Below, piece by piece: positions 26,920 to 36,844 of a DNA stretch of 64,000 bases. Location of the stretch: IMG/VR virus record IMGVR_UViG_3300049215_000190, one strand, 5' to 3'. This DNA is from an uncultured virus (IMG/VR IMGVR_UViG_3300049215_000190) (taxonomy: Duplodnaviria; Heunggongvirae; Uroviricota; Caudoviricetes). Below the pieces are notes generated by a model. That model had not been told where the DNA came from. It searched no databases and saw only the letters and a list, made by a program, of their open reading frames with translations. The first letter of the stretch is position 1. Each line of letters starts with the position of its first letter. Position numbers and translations under genes: made by a program.

Positions 26920-27144
26920 GGTTTTTCTACCTTTTCGACTAAAATATAGGTCATTGATCCGTATCCCTACGCCTAAGTGATAAGTCTTGCCATGACCGCC
27001 AGCGGATTTGGCCGTCTACCCACAGCACCAGCCCTTCAGGCCATTCCTCGACGCGGATGGTTCCATATTCATCTGCCATTGATGTGTCTTGTGTGATCAC
27101 CCGAACGGACGGGACGGCATTCGGGGTAGAAAAAACGCCGCAAG

Positions 27145-27789
27145 TCATGGCACACTCCCCGACGTAGTATTCGTGGGAGCAGCGGAAATAAATTCAACTA
27201 ACTTGTTTGCCATGCGAAGATAGGTAATCTGGCGCATTGTGGGCTTATCGGCGGCGGCGTCGGCGAAGGCGTAGGTGTAGGCGGCGGCGGAGTAGGCGTT
27301 CTTGCGCGCGACTGACGGGGTGAGGGTGGCCCAATTAGTCTCATAACCTTCCGCGACATCTATGATCGCCTTGCGGGCTCTTTCGTTTTTGCCTGCGGCT
27401 GGCAACGCAATCTCACGCAGCATCCAAGATGCGAATTTGTTCCATACGTTAATGAGATCAGCGCCATCTGGCACCGCTTCAGCAAAGCGCAGCGGCCATT
27501 TCTTCGCATCTTCCTTCGCCATTCCCCCGAAAATCTGGTCCTCCAGCCGCGCCAGCACAACCGGAATGCCGAGATAAGTCTCGAACAGGCGATACTTGCT
27601 GTAATCCATTTTTTTCAGCCCGAGCCGCTGGCTCACCGAGTGCAGTGAGCAGCCCACGGCACAACCCTTGCCGCGGTGCCAATACTTGCCCCGCACGATG
27701 CGGTCCCGCTCGACGTGCATCCCCAGCTCGATGAGGAAATCGGACTTTGTCAGCCCAGGATAGCTATAGGCACGAAGGTGCGTGTTCAT
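27145..27789 (-). CDS. hypothetical phage protein
   Basis: G.YW..GKGCAVGC, LGIP..LARLED.IF; GC-rich segment. Confidence 0.7.
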   Translation of the reverse strand: MNTHLRAYSYPGLTKSDFLIELGMHVERDRIVRGKYWHRGKGCAVGCSLHSVSQRLGLKKMDYSKYRLFETYLGIPVVLARLEDQIFGGMAKEDAKKWPLRFAEAVPDGADLINVWNKFASWMLREIALPAAGKNERARKAIIDVAEGYETNWATLTPSVARKNAYSAAAYTYAFADAAADKPTMRQITYLRMANKLVEFISAAPTNTTSGSVP

Positions 27790-27986
27790 TATTTGATTTC
27801 CTTATGACAAGAAATTGTAATTGTGCCATCAGGATCGAAATATAAATCAAGATCAAAACCGGCGACTGTTGCGTGGTATGTGGATTTGAAGTCGTCGAGT
27901 ATGAGCTTTTCTATTTCCTCTTGAGTATAGACCGCCGTGAACGTGGACTCGCCGCGAGTTTTGGTTTCTAGGGTTTTAGGGGGCAT
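27789..27986 (-). CDS. hypothetical protein
   Basis: MPPKTLE start after GGAG; stop overlaps the next start. Confidence 0.5.
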   Translation of the reverse strand: MPPKTLETKTRGESTFTAVYTQEEIEKLILDDFKSTYHATVAGFDLDLYFDPDGTITISCHKEIK

Positions 27987-28359
27987 CAGAGTTCTCCGAA
28001 CAAAAGAATGATGACAGTTAAAACCGTGGCGCAAAGCACAAGGACTTCTGCCATGAACAGCAAGGCGACGAATAAAACTTGTTCGTCGTAGCCGGAGTGT
28101 ATGGTTTTGTTCCGCCAGCGGCGAAACCGACGGTAAAATCGGTAATATATTCCGTGCATCATTTTGTTTGTTCCTTCGATAACAGTTTAGGTTTTACGAC
28201 TCGCGAGCTTAGTTATGGCTTTCGTGCCGATATTTGAAACACGTTTTAATCCAGTGTAAGGCGCGAATATCTTTTCTTTTAGCATCGTATATTATTTCTG
28301 TGGCTTTCATAGGTGAGTGTCCGTGTAATTTGAGCATGTAGTAGATGCGGGGATATGAT

Positions 28360-29169
28360 TTAGGCATAAAGGTTTTCCTCCTGGTTTGTGGTGAACTTGG
28401 TGATTTGCTGGTTAACCCATTCGATGGGATATTTTAGCATGTAATCGGACAGTTTGCTTGGCTCGATGATAAGAGTGTTGGTTGGATCGAAGCCTAGGCG
28501 GGATGGCAGCGAGTCAAGGTAAGTTTTTGGGTTGTGATAATTAAAAGCTTTGGGCCAACCTCCGGTGAAACCGTTATGATAAACTGACAAATCATGCATC
28601 ATGCGACGGTCAAAGCCGCATGATGTCAAGACGTAACAGGCCGTGGATAGGTCGAGCGGCGTTGTGTTGATGTCAGCTAGTATGATGGTTTCGCCGGTTC
28701 TGTCATGATAACCATTTAGTATTGATAGGATTTTGAGTGATATTGGTCTGATGCGGGCTAAAGCCATTGTCAAGGCCAATATGGTTGTTCCGCGCTTTTG
28801 GAGCGTGGCAGAGTCCACGCCCGCAGATGACGTGGAACAAACAAGAATTGTGATAGGCGCGCGTTCGTCGGCCACATGCACTTGGCGGCGCATGGGTGTA
28901 GGCAAACCTGCGAGCACGTCGGGAACGATGCAAAATGCCCCTGCGGGCGACCGCTCCCAAGCCAAGCGTGGAGTTTCAATCGCAGTGTCGATTTGCGACA
29001 ACAAGTTTTCGGCAACAGGAACGGGTGACGTGTCGCCTTCCACCGCGTAGCGAAAAGTTTTATCGGCGGTTTCGTCGTTATACCACGAAGTGTTCGTATG
29101 GGTTTTAGGTTTTCCGTTCGCTTTCCAGTCATAAGCCAGAGAAGCTATGGATGGATAATGTTTTATCAT
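28360..29169 (-). CDS. vWA-like partner of the AAA ATPase
   Basis: VPDVLAGLP.PMRR motif; coupled to the MoxR-like ATPase. Confidence 0.55.
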   Translation of the reverse strand: MIKHYPSIASLAYDWKANGKPKTHTNTSWYNDETADKTFRYAVEGDTSPVPVAENLLSQIDTAIETPRLAWERSPAGAFCIVPDVLAGLPTPMRRQVHVADERAPITILVCSTSSAGVDSATLQKRGTTILALTMALARIRPISLKILSILNGYHDRTGETIILADINTTPLDLSTACYVLTSCGFDRRMMHDLSVYHNGFTGGWPKAFNYHNPKTYLDSLPSRLGFDPTNTLIIEPSKLSDYMLKYPIEWVNQQITKFTTNQEENLYA

Positions 29170-30692
29170 TGAACCGTCTCCGAGATTTCAAACAATTCAT
29201 CACTGAAAGCCGCGTGGTCCATGTCGTTTTTATCTTCCCGCGGATAGTAGGGTATTTGGCCCACTGTGGGTTCCAGTTCTTCTGGCGCGGCAGATGGCAG
29301 ATCAATATGGTCAGTTTCCGCGAGGATTGGATTTGCTTGTTCTGGTGATAGGCTAGCAAGAAAAGTCATATGCATTGTGTCAATTTTGTCGAAACCGGCA
29401 CGGAGCAAGCCGAGGCCAGAGAATGTAGCGCGGGGCGAAATGATGATTTTTAGACCCTGGCGGGCTACAGTACGCCGAGCGACTTGGACAATCTTGACCC
29501 AAGCGAGACCGAGATCGCCAGCTTGAGCTTCGGCCAAAGCGCGTTCAAGCCTTTCGTCCACGGGCCAGTGGATTTTAGGCTGGAAGCGATCCAATGTCGC
29601 GGCGTCTTGTTTTGTGCGGCCGACGTATTCGTTCGTCGCTCCGTGGCCCCAGGTATTGGCGCAGGCAATGACGAGACAATCAGGATGTCGGCGGATTAGG
29701 CCGCCGGGCGATGATACGAAGCCGTTTGCTAGCGCGGCATTGAGTGCGAGCAAAGCGGACGGTAACCAGTTGTCAATTTCGTCCGCGAGATATATACCGC
29801 CATTGGCAAATATGTCAAGAAACTGCGTTGATATGATATTGCCGTTTGCGTCACGGAAACCAAGGACTTTGTAATCAGCGTCTAACGAGCCGTCGGAGCC
29901 AAACTTTAAACCTAAGGCTTTTGCGACGTTTTCGCCCGCCGTGGTTTTGCCCGAACCCGTTGGCCCAGTGAGCCAGATGTTTAGCCTAAAGCCCCGATGA
30001 TCTTTTGCCTGCGCGGCACGGAGCAATGTGGGGAAGCTCTCGTGTTGCAGGCCGAGGTTTTTGGTTTCGCCGGTTTCGACGTTGATGATTTCGATCCGCT
30101 GGGGCTTGCGATTTGCCTTGGCCCAAGCCTCGGCGCTTTCGCGGGCGATTGCGGCGATTTGAGCTTTTGCGTTCGGATCAAGCTCGATTTTCGCCGTGCG
30201 TAGAAATTCTTTCGTCACGCGGTCAGCGACCGTTGTGACCTTGGCGTCCAGCTTGGCCAATAGCGCGTCTGCGACTTGGTTTGCCATGGCTTGCATGGCT
30301 TTCGGGTCAGCGGTTAAGTTTGCCGTTTGCGCTTGCGCAAGGCGCTCGGCATTATCGTCCCCGCCTGCGGCGGTGGATTTGCCAAAGCTTTCGTTGTCAT
30401 AATCGTCTTCATCGTCCTCGCCGCCAAGTAGTGCCCAGTTTGGGTTTACCCTATTGCGCCAAGATTTTAAATACGCGGGCATGACGTAGGCGAGAGCAAG
30501 GCTGTTTATTGTGGAGTTTTTTAGTGACGGAGCGGGCAAACCTTGCTTGTTTAGCCAAGTGTGTAATAGGTGTTTTGCGCTGAATTGATCAGTAAGATTT
30601 TTACTTACTGCGTCAACGTCGGCCTTCTGGCCGGTTTGGGGCAATGCCCCTAGCGTTTTGAGTAGTAATTCGTTAGTCGGCTGGCCTGACAT
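29166..30692 (-). CDS. MoxR/CbbQ-type AAA+ ATPase
   Basis: GPTGSGKT, LADEID, ANTWG.G, YVGR..QDAATLDRF, ISPR; probable start MSGQPT. Confidence 0.85.
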   Translation of the reverse strand: MSGQPTNELLLKTLGALPQTGQKADVDAVSKNLTDQFSAKHLLHTWLNKQGLPAPSLKNSTINSLALAYVMPAYLKSWRNRVNPNWALLGGEDDEDDYDNESFGKSTAAGGDDNAERLAQAQTANLTADPKAMQAMANQVADALLAKLDAKVTTVADRVTKEFLRTAKIELDPNAKAQIAAIARESAEAWAKANRKPQRIEIINVETGETKNLGLQHESFPTLLRAAQAKDHRGFRLNIWLTGPTGSGKTTAGENVAKALGLKFGSDGSLDADYKVLGFRDANGNIISTQFLDIFANGGIYLADEIDNWLPSALLALNAALANGFVSSPGGLIRRHPDCLVIACANTWGHGATNEYVGRTKQDAATLDRFQPKIHWPVDERLERALAEAQAGDLGLAWVKIVQVARRTVARQGLKIIISPRATFSGLGLLRAGFDKIDTMHMTFLASLSPEQANPILAETDHIDLPSAAPEELEPTVGQIPYYPREDKNDMDHAAFSDELFEISETVQ

Positions 30693-30724
30693 TTGTTTTG
30701 CCTTGGGTTGGAGTTTAGCTAGGT

Positions 30725-30763
30725 TAGGCATATACAAAAGGGGGACCCTTTCATATATGTCTA
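30725..30763. repeat. 39-bp dispersed palindrome, copy 5
   Basis: TAGGCATAT ACAA AAGGG GGA CCCTT TCAT ATATGTCTA, upstream of the AAA gene. Confidence 0.92.
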
Positions 30764-30801
30764 ATCTACGCTATAGCGCAGATTAAACAGAGCGGAAAGT
30801 G

Positions 30802-30969
30802 TTATTTGCCCGTTCGGCAGTCAATGTATGCCCGGCAGTCAATGTGAAAGGCTTGGCTTATATCGGCCCGAAACGTATAATACACCGGGCCAACAATCGT
30901 GTGCCATGCAATATACCAGAGAATGACGGACCAAACGACGGGCATTAGTATCAGCATGTTGAAGCGCAT
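30802..30969 (-). CDS. small membrane protein (55 aa, not in the ORF track)
   Basis: AAGGAAC RBS; MRFNMLILMPVVWSVILWYIAW...IDCRAYIDCRTGK. Confidence 0.55.
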   Translation of the reverse strand: MRFNMLILMPVVWSVILWYIAWHTIVGPVYYTFRADISQAFHIDCRAYIDCRTGK

Positions 30970-30981
30970 GAAATTTGTTCC

Positions 30982-31017
30982 TTTGGGTTTGGGTTTGGGT
31001 TTGGGTTTGGGTTTGGG
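30982..31017. repeat. (TTTGGG)6 intergenic microsatellite
   Basis: Six perfect units read directly. Confidence 0.97.
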
Positions 31018-31029
31018 TTAAACCATCGG

Positions 31030-31266
31030 TTACTTGTCGGGAAACAGGCGAAAGAAATTTTCTTCGGCCTTGGCAATTTCCTTCAAGGCATGTTTTAGGG
31101 TGTAGTTTATGCCATCGGCTTGTGTTTTATGGCCCGTGTGCCGCAATTCATCTTCTGGCATTTTAGAAAATAGCGCCATCATATTAAAGGCCGAAATTTT
31201 CGCTTCGGTAATTTTTTCCGCCAATTTTTCAATAGCAATGCGTTCTTCGGGGGATATGTTCATCAT
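31030..31266 (-). CDS. hypothetical protein
   Basis: AAGGAAC RBS. Confidence 0.65.
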   Translation of the reverse strand: MMNISPEERIAIEKLAEKITEAKISAFNMMALFSKMPEDELRHTGHKTQADGINYTLKHALKEIAKAEENFFRLFPDK

Positions 31267-31287
31267 TTTTGGTTCCTTTGGTTTGAG

Positions 31288-31713
31288 TTAAAACAAATCA
31301 TTCAGTGCCGCCATGGCGGCACTTGCTTCTTTTGGCGATGGTTTGGGCGTTTGACGCCCGGTTCCGCCGCCCCCGCCCGCGGCGGGCCGTTCTGCTAAAT
31401 TGCCGCGTTGGCTTACGGGCTTTCCTACATATTTGCCCGCAAAATACGGTCCATGGTCCGCCAGGACGTTTGCGTAAACGCGACGACTGCGGGCTTTTAT
31501 TTCCATGGTTTCACGCTCGGCTTTGCGCCGAGCGGCGGCGACATTCAACCGGAGCAATTCCATCAGGGCTTCACGTATTTCGACCGCTTCCATGCCGGGT
31601 GATACGGCAAAACGGCTGCGTCCGCCGTTTGCGTAGATTTCGATGACGTATGTTCCGTCTTGCGCCATTTCTACTATGATACGAGCCGGGGCTATGTTTA
31701 CTAAATCAGCCAT
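31288..31713 (-). CDS. hypothetical protein (C-terminal ALNDLF)
   Basis: GAGG RBS; AT-rich promoter-like region upstream. Confidence 0.7.
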   Translation of the reverse strand: MADLVNIAPARIIVEMAQDGTYVIEIYANGGRSRFAVSPGMEAVEIREALMELLRLNVAAARRKAERETMEIKARSRRVYANVLADHGPYFAGKYVGKPVSQRGNLAERPAAGGGGGTGRQTPKPSPKEASAAMAALNDLF

Positions 31714-31857
31714 TGCCGTTTTACCTCGACTTGACGTGATAGTGTAGGTGGTAGTGAGCTAAATTTTACAATATTACAATCATACAATGTAACATTTATT
31801 TGCATACCTGCTATGCACCCACATCATACCTCTCATGCTCCGCACCTGCGGCCGGTT

Positions 31858-32706
31858 TCACAATATTCTGTCCGAAAAATCCGGCGGGGGCGGGCTGTAT
31901 AATTCCGCCGCCGATCTGTTGCTCGGCTTTTCGTCTAATTTTTCGCTTAATTTTTCGCTTAATTTTTCGCCTTTCGCCTTGGGGTCTTGGATTTCGTCGT
32001 CCGCGGCTGCGCCGCCGGTTTTATACATTTGCGGATATGGCTCGGGCAAATTTAAATTTCTCGCGCTCCTGTTTGCTTTTGCCATTTCCACGACTTGCAG
32101 TTCTGTATAGCCTTCGGCTATTAGTTCCGCTCGGGTTTTCCTTGGATCGTCGATTTCGGCAATTTGGGGACTGCCGCGGGCGTCATCGTCTGGCGCGACA
32201 AATGTTTCATCATATTGGACGAAAGATTTAATTTCCGGTTTAATTTCCGGTTTAATTTCTCCTTGCGGACGCTCCGACTCCACCGGCCCCTGCGGTGCCG
32301 AGTTTTCTAATCGTATTTCTGTAATTTTTTCTCTTTTAGCTCGCATTACAATAGCCGATCTATTATTCCGCCTAGCGGATAGTTTGAAATGCGTTTCTTC
32401 CTCAATTATGTTTCGCCTCGTTTCATTCGGAATATTATAGTGTTTTAATATTTCATGTATTGTGCCGAAAACATTTACCGCGGTTTGTAACGCGGTTTTT
32501 GTTTCCGAGTTATTTTCGCGGGCGATTATGGAGTTAAATTCCGCCATCATTTGCGGATTTAACTGGTTTTCTATTTGATTTTTGAGCGCGTCAAATAGTT
32601 CCGAGCTAATGTTCGCCGCGTCGATTAGTTTTACCATTCTGTCTTGCGTGATCGGCATGGGTTTTACTTTCTGTTTACGGTTTACGTTTACGTTTACGTT
32701 CGGCAT
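31858..32706 (-). CDS. hypothetical protein with short internal repeats
   Basis: 282-aa ORF with NV, EIKP and EKLS repeats; first gene of the left arm. Confidence 0.6.
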   Translation of the reverse strand: MPNVNVNVNRKQKVKPMPITQDRMVKLIDAANISSELFDALKNQIENQLNPQMMAEFNSIIARENNSETKTALQTAVNVFGTIHEILKHYNIPNETRRNIIEEETHFKLSARRNNRSAIVMRAKREKITEIRLENSAPQGPVESERPQGEIKPEIKPEIKSFVQYDETFVAPDDDARGSPQIAEIDDPRKTRAELIAEGYTELQVVEMAKANRSARNLNLPEPYPQMYKTGGAAADDEIQDPKAKGEKLSEKLSEKLDEKPSNRSAAELYSPPPPDFSDRIL

Positions 32707-32921
32707 TTCCGCCCCCGGCTGCGCCGGGAAAGTCCGAGTGAATGTTGGCGCGGGTGTTGGCGCGGATGTTATGCGTTTTGTTATGCCTTTTGATGACGTA
32801 TTGTGTCAGGGGGTTTGTGGTTTGTCATTGGCGTTTTGTTGTGCGTTTGTTGGTTGTTTGTTAACACATATCTCTAACGCCCTGCGCTTGTTTTCCGCCC
32901 TGCGCGTCTTGCGCGGGTTCT

Positions 32922-32973
<52 letters not shown>

Positions 32974-33012
32974 CGGAAAGAAATTGAAAATTGAGCCAAA
33001 ATCTTGGGTTTT

Positions 33013-33026
33013 TAGGTATATGTCTA
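33013..33026. promoter_or_regulatory. 14-bp compact palindrome TAGGTATATGTCTA
   Basis: Identical copy at 35045..35058, one-mismatch copy at 25539..25552; made of the outer boxes of the 39-mer. Confidence 0.6.
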
Positions 33027-33043
33027 AAATTTGTTTTTAATTT

Positions 33044-33082
33044 TAGAGATATGCGTAAGGGTGACCCTTGCCTATATCTCTA
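33044..33082. repeat. 39-bp dispersed palindrome, copy 6 (most symmetric)
   Basis: TAGAGATAT GCGT AAGGG TGA CCCTT GCCT ATATCTCTA. Confidence 0.97.
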
Positions 33083-33774
33083 CCGCCAGAGCCGCCGGCG
33101 CAGGCGTAAACCGCCGACGAAATTTAAAACTTTGCTGGCGTGCAGGGCGAATGCCGAGTGGGCAAAAGTAAAATCTTTGCTGGCATACAGGGGACAATAT
33201 CAGGGGTAATATAGGGACAATATGAGACACAGCCCGGTGGCACAATACGGCATCAAACAGGCGAACAACGTGGTCGATATTGGCCCGCATCGCTTGCCGG
33301 GTTTTTTGTGGTCGGTGCGTAGAATATTTTCCCCTTGGAGCCGTGATTGTTACGATAGCGGACCAATATAGTGCCGAGTGCCTGCGGCGCTGACAAAACT
33401 ATTTTAAATTATCATAAATTCCAATGCCAAGAGACGGGGCTAAAATTCTGTCCCGCGTCCCGCGAAATGGTATTTCGCGTTGTTTTATCGCATCTCAAAA
33501 AAGCGAATGAGGCTGCAGGCCGGTCCAACTGCGGGGCGGTATGCCAGTGCCAGAAAACCCTAAAGCGCGCCCACGCGCTTTAAAATGGCTTCTAGGCGTA
33601 TGCGCAAAATTTTCCCCGTAATTTATCAAAAAACCGCGCTCCGTACGGAATTTTCCCGTAAAAAAGATTGTGCCATTTGCCGTTCCGTGGTCTTATGTGT
33701 ACGGGTTTGGTCATCTGGCCAAATCTGGGAGCCCCTCCCCTCATGTGGGGCTGTTTTGAAGAAAAGAGTGTATC

Positions 33775-34542
33775 ATGTCCAACGGCGAAACCATGACTCC
33801 TACCGCCAAGGCCCCCAAGGATCACAAGGCCGATCACAAGGTGGCGCATGAAGCCCCTAAGGCTACCCCAGAGACCGCTGCTGCTGCTGCTGACCCTGTG
33901 GTTCATCCCCACGGCACATCGTCTGTCGCCGTGCTGGACACCACGGTCACGGTTCCTGTTAAATTCTACGCCGGAATGCAGATCAACGCGACGGAAGCGC
34001 GCATTCTCCAGGCCGCAGTGGAACGGCAGTTTATGAGCAATCAGACGGCGAATGCCAACGCTCGCGCCAAGAAATACGCAAAGGCCAAAAATGATGCAGA
34101 GCGCGCGCTGTATGCTCCGCTGACCGCCGCGCAACTCGGCGAGTTGTTCCGCGACTATATGCCCTCCGTAGGCGGTGCGCCGCGTCAGTCGTCCGTGGAG
34201 CGGATGCGCCACGAGGCTACGTGGCGCGCCATCATCGCCTATCTCACCGAGCACAACAAGTCGGTCGAGGCAGGCCAGCCCGGCATCATCGCTGCCGCAG
34301 GCGGTAAGGGCGTTGCCATTCCCAAGGTGCCGACCAAGACAAAGGGCGTGACCGAGGAGCAACACAAGGCCAACCTGGAGGCATTTGAGGCCATCAAAAC
34401 GACGCAGATCGAGCGATTTGCCGCTAACCCCAAATTTGCCGAGCGCATCCAAATCCAGCTCGACGCGCTGGAAGCGGAAAAGGGTAGCAAGAAATCCGAG
34501 GCCGCGGCCGTGGAAACGGTCAGCGTGGATGCTCTTTTCTAA
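33775..34542 (+). CDS. hypothetical protein, probably highly expressed and early
   Basis: GC3-rich codon usage, own terminator, C-terminal DALF. Confidence 0.8.
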   Translation: MSNGETMTPTAKAPKDHKADHKVAHEAPKATPETAAAAADPVVHPHGTSSVAVLDTTVTVPVKFYAGMQINATEARILQAAVERQFMSNQTANANARAKKYAKAKNDAERALYAPLTAAQLGELFRDYMPSVGGAPRQSSVERMRHEATWRAIIAYLTEHNKSVEAGQPGIIAAAGGKGVAIPKVPTKTKGVTEEQHKANLEAFEAIKTTQIERFAANPKFAERIQIQLDALEAEKGSKKSEAAAVETVSVDALF

Positions 34543-34567
34543 ACCACCACAAGCGGCGGCTACACAG

Positions 34568-34601
34568 AACAGGGGCAATCATGCCCCTGTTTTTTTTTTT
34601 T
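34568..34601 (+). terminator. rho-independent terminator
   Basis: AACAGGGGCA-atca-TGCCCCTGTT followed by a T run. Confidence 0.9.
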
Positions 34602-34693
34602 GTTTGACCTAGGGCCCGCAATGTGGTTTCATAGCTGGGCTTGCCTTGCCTTGCTACCGCTCTTTTCTTTTCTCTAGATGAAGGAACAATCCC

Positions 34694-34912
34694 ATGAATG
34701 AAGACCTGATGCGCTCTATCCCATCTATCGCTATGGACCTAGTAGCAGATGCTCCAAAGGACCTGACAATGGCCCTGTCCACACATGATATTGCCAACGT
34801 GCTCACTGCCCTAGCCCAGGATATCAGCGCGCATGATCCAGATGATGCGGTCCAAGACAGTCTACAAGACACAATGAGAAAATTGCTGAATGCCATTGAC
34901 ATTGCCATTTAG
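34694..34912 (+). CDS. hypothetical acidic protein
   Basis: AAGGAAC RBS. Confidence 0.65.
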   Translation: MNEDLMRSIPSIAMDLVADAPKDLTMALSTHDIANVLTALAQDISAHDPDDAVQDSLQDTMRKLLNAIDIAI

Positions 34913-35044
34913 CAGCGCTCCGTACGGCAGGGGCGGGGCGCATTGCCTCGCCTCTCACCGTAGGGGGTGGCACCCATAGAGTCTCATTCAGCGTGTTCTT
35001 CCTTAGGTATTGCTCCGACCCCCGACTGAAATATGCCAGCTTTT

Positions 35045-35058
35045 TAGGTATATGTCTA
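35045..35058. promoter_or_regulatory. 14-bp compact palindrome TAGGTATATGTCTA
   Basis: Upstream of the packaging operon; followed by CGCAAGACGC repeats. Confidence 0.6.
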
Positions 35059-35110
35059 CCCGCAAGACGCCAGCCACACGCAAGACGCAAGACGCACGAA
35101 AGGAACCATC

Positions 35111-35719
35111 ATGGCGAAATCTGATTTGATACCGATGCGCGGCGCTGTGGCGGAACCGCTCGTTATGGAGACCACGCGCGACTTGACGGGCGAAGACCTG
35201 TCTCGCCTTGCCACCGCGCCAAAAGTTGGCGTGCCGATCCTTCAAAAGCTTCGCGCCACGCACCACAGGCAGGCGATGCTTTTAGCCGAGGGCAAAACGC
35301 CAACGCAAGTTGCGGCGATTGTCGGCTGCACCACCGCGCGGCTGACGCAGCTTATGGACGACCCAACGTTCATGGAACTACTTACGAACTACCAAGACCA
35401 AATGGTAGTGGCGCATTTGGCCGATGCCGCGAGACTAAAAGCCAAAATTGTCGATCTCGGCGAGATGGCAGTAGACGAACTCACCGAACGCATGGAAGAC
35501 GACCAACGTCGGGTGTCAATGCCTGTAAGCGAGGTTCGGAAAATTGCGGAATTTGCTATGGACCGAACAGTTGCGCCCCCGCAGGCTGCGCCGAATGCGC
35601 AAATCGCCCCGGCGGTGATTACGATGAACTTCGGAACGCCGATCCGTCACCCCGAAGACCGCGACGATGCAATTCCGAAAACCATCGAAGGAACCGTGTC
35701 AGATCTTCCAGTGCCGTAA
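35111..35719 (+). CDS. HTH protein, terminase small subunit candidate
   Basis: H...A.LLA.G.....VA..VG.T HTH; DPTF.EL; position upstream of TerL. Confidence 0.55.
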   Translation: MAKSDLIPMRGAVAEPLVMETTRDLTGEDLSRLATAPKVGVPILQKLRATHHRQAMLLAEGKTPTQVAAIVGCTTARLTQLMDDPTFMELLTNYQDQMVVAHLADAARLKAKIVDLGEMAVDELTERMEDDQRRVSMPVSEVRKIAEFAMDRTVAPPQAAPNAQIAPAVITMNFGTPIRHPEDRDDAIPKTIEGTVSDLPVP

Positions 35720-35735
35720 CTAAAGGAACAAACCA

Positions 35736-36272
35736 ATGACTAAAGTTGTGCCGCCGTTTCAAGCAAAACCGATGACGCAAGGCGAATGGGACAATGCGTT
35801 ATTCGACCTGTGCGTTATACAAGCCAGTAAATCGCCAGACCCGAGCACAAAAGTTGGCGCGGTGGTTGTGACGGCAAATCGCGAAATGTTTCTAACGGGA
35901 ACAAACCGTTTTGCCCCTGGCATAGCACATACGCCTGAGCGTCTTGCGGACCGCGACACAAAGCTCAAACTCATCGTTCATGCTGAACACGAAGCAATTC
36001 TTTCGGCGGTTAACCATGGCGTATCGTTACGTGGCGCTACTTTATATTTTATTGCCGTTGATCGTAATGGCCGTGTGTGGGGCGGTGCGCCGTGTGCGCG
36101 CTGCGCAAACGCGATCATTAGCGTCGGAATAAAAGAAGTCCGCAGTCTCCCGCGAAAAAACATCCCAAGCCGATGGCAGGCGGATTGTGACTTCGCGCAA
36201 GAAGCTCTGGCGGAAGCCGGTGTGGTTCTGGCCGAGGCGGGAAAGAATTGGACACCTAAAATAGACATATAG
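35736..36272 (+). CDS. dCMP deaminase
   Basis: S.DPSTKVGAV, VHAE, PCARCA motifs. Confidence 0.9.
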   Translation: MTKVVPPFQAKPMTQGEWDNALFDLCVIQASKSPDPSTKVGAVVVTANREMFLTGTNRFAPGIAHTPERLADRDTKLKLIVHAEHEAILSAVNHGVSLRGATLYFIAVDRNGRVWGGAPCARCANAIISVGIKEVRSLPRKNIPSRWQADCDFAQEALAEAGVVLAEAGKNWTPKIDI

Positions 36273-36300
36273 GCAAGGGTGACACTTGTGTATATGCGTA
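36262..36300. repeat. 39-bp dispersed palindrome, copy 7
   Basis: TAGACATAT AGGC AAGGG TGA CACTT GTGT ATATGCGTA, overlapping the deaminase stop. Confidence 0.9.
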
Positions 36301-36331
36301 ATTTACCAGCGAAGCTGGGGACGACGGAGCC

Positions 36332-36844
36332 ATGACAAACCCGTTCGCCGCGACAATGGATTTTCGCCGCGCCAAGGGTCTTATCGGCGCAAACCAATGT
36401 GCCGTCCCCGCGCTTTATTCAAAACCAAAAGGCTCAAACTCATTTGCCTCGGCCGGTTTAACTTACGAACGGCGTGTTTTGCGTGAACTTAACTTTTATG
36501 TGCTTCGCGGGTATTTTACCGAAGTTCGTAAAAACCCCTGGTTTGAGTTTACAGATACCGAAGGCTCGGCATTATGCTCGCCAGACGGAATAATTTTTTA
36601 CAATGACAGACTTATAGTTGTTGAAATTAAACTAAATTGGACGCCAGTAGCGGCGGCAAAACTTACCGAACTCTATATTCCAGTCGTCACGCGGGCGTTT
36701 ACGCCCGAACAACCCGTTATAGGATTGGTTATATGCCGGAACATGGTCCCAGGAGCACCAAAACCCAAAACCCCGTTAAGCAAAGCGTTAACGGTTTCCA
36801 ATTCGGTGTTGAATTGGCCGTCAAACGGCCATATACCTTGGTAG
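36332..36844 (+). CDS. PD-(D/E)XK nuclease-like protein
   Basis: YE..V, SPDG, VVEIK. Confidence 0.65.
   Translation: MTNPFAATMDFRRAKGLIGANQCAVPALYSKPKGSNSFASAGLTYERRVLRELNFYVLRGYFTEVRKNPWFEFTDTEGSALCSPDGIIFYNDRLIVVEIKLNWTPVAAAKLTELYIPVVTRAFTPEQPVIGLVICRNMVPGAPKPKTPLSKALTVSNSVLNWPSNGHIPW

Noticed and set aside
30975..31166. WV-repeat ORF
   Set aside because: Translation of the TTTGGG microsatellite, antisense to a gene with a good RBS
33592..34578. 328-aa minus-strand ORF
   Set aside because: Antisense shadow of the codon-biased 33775 gene, which has a terminator and a paralog
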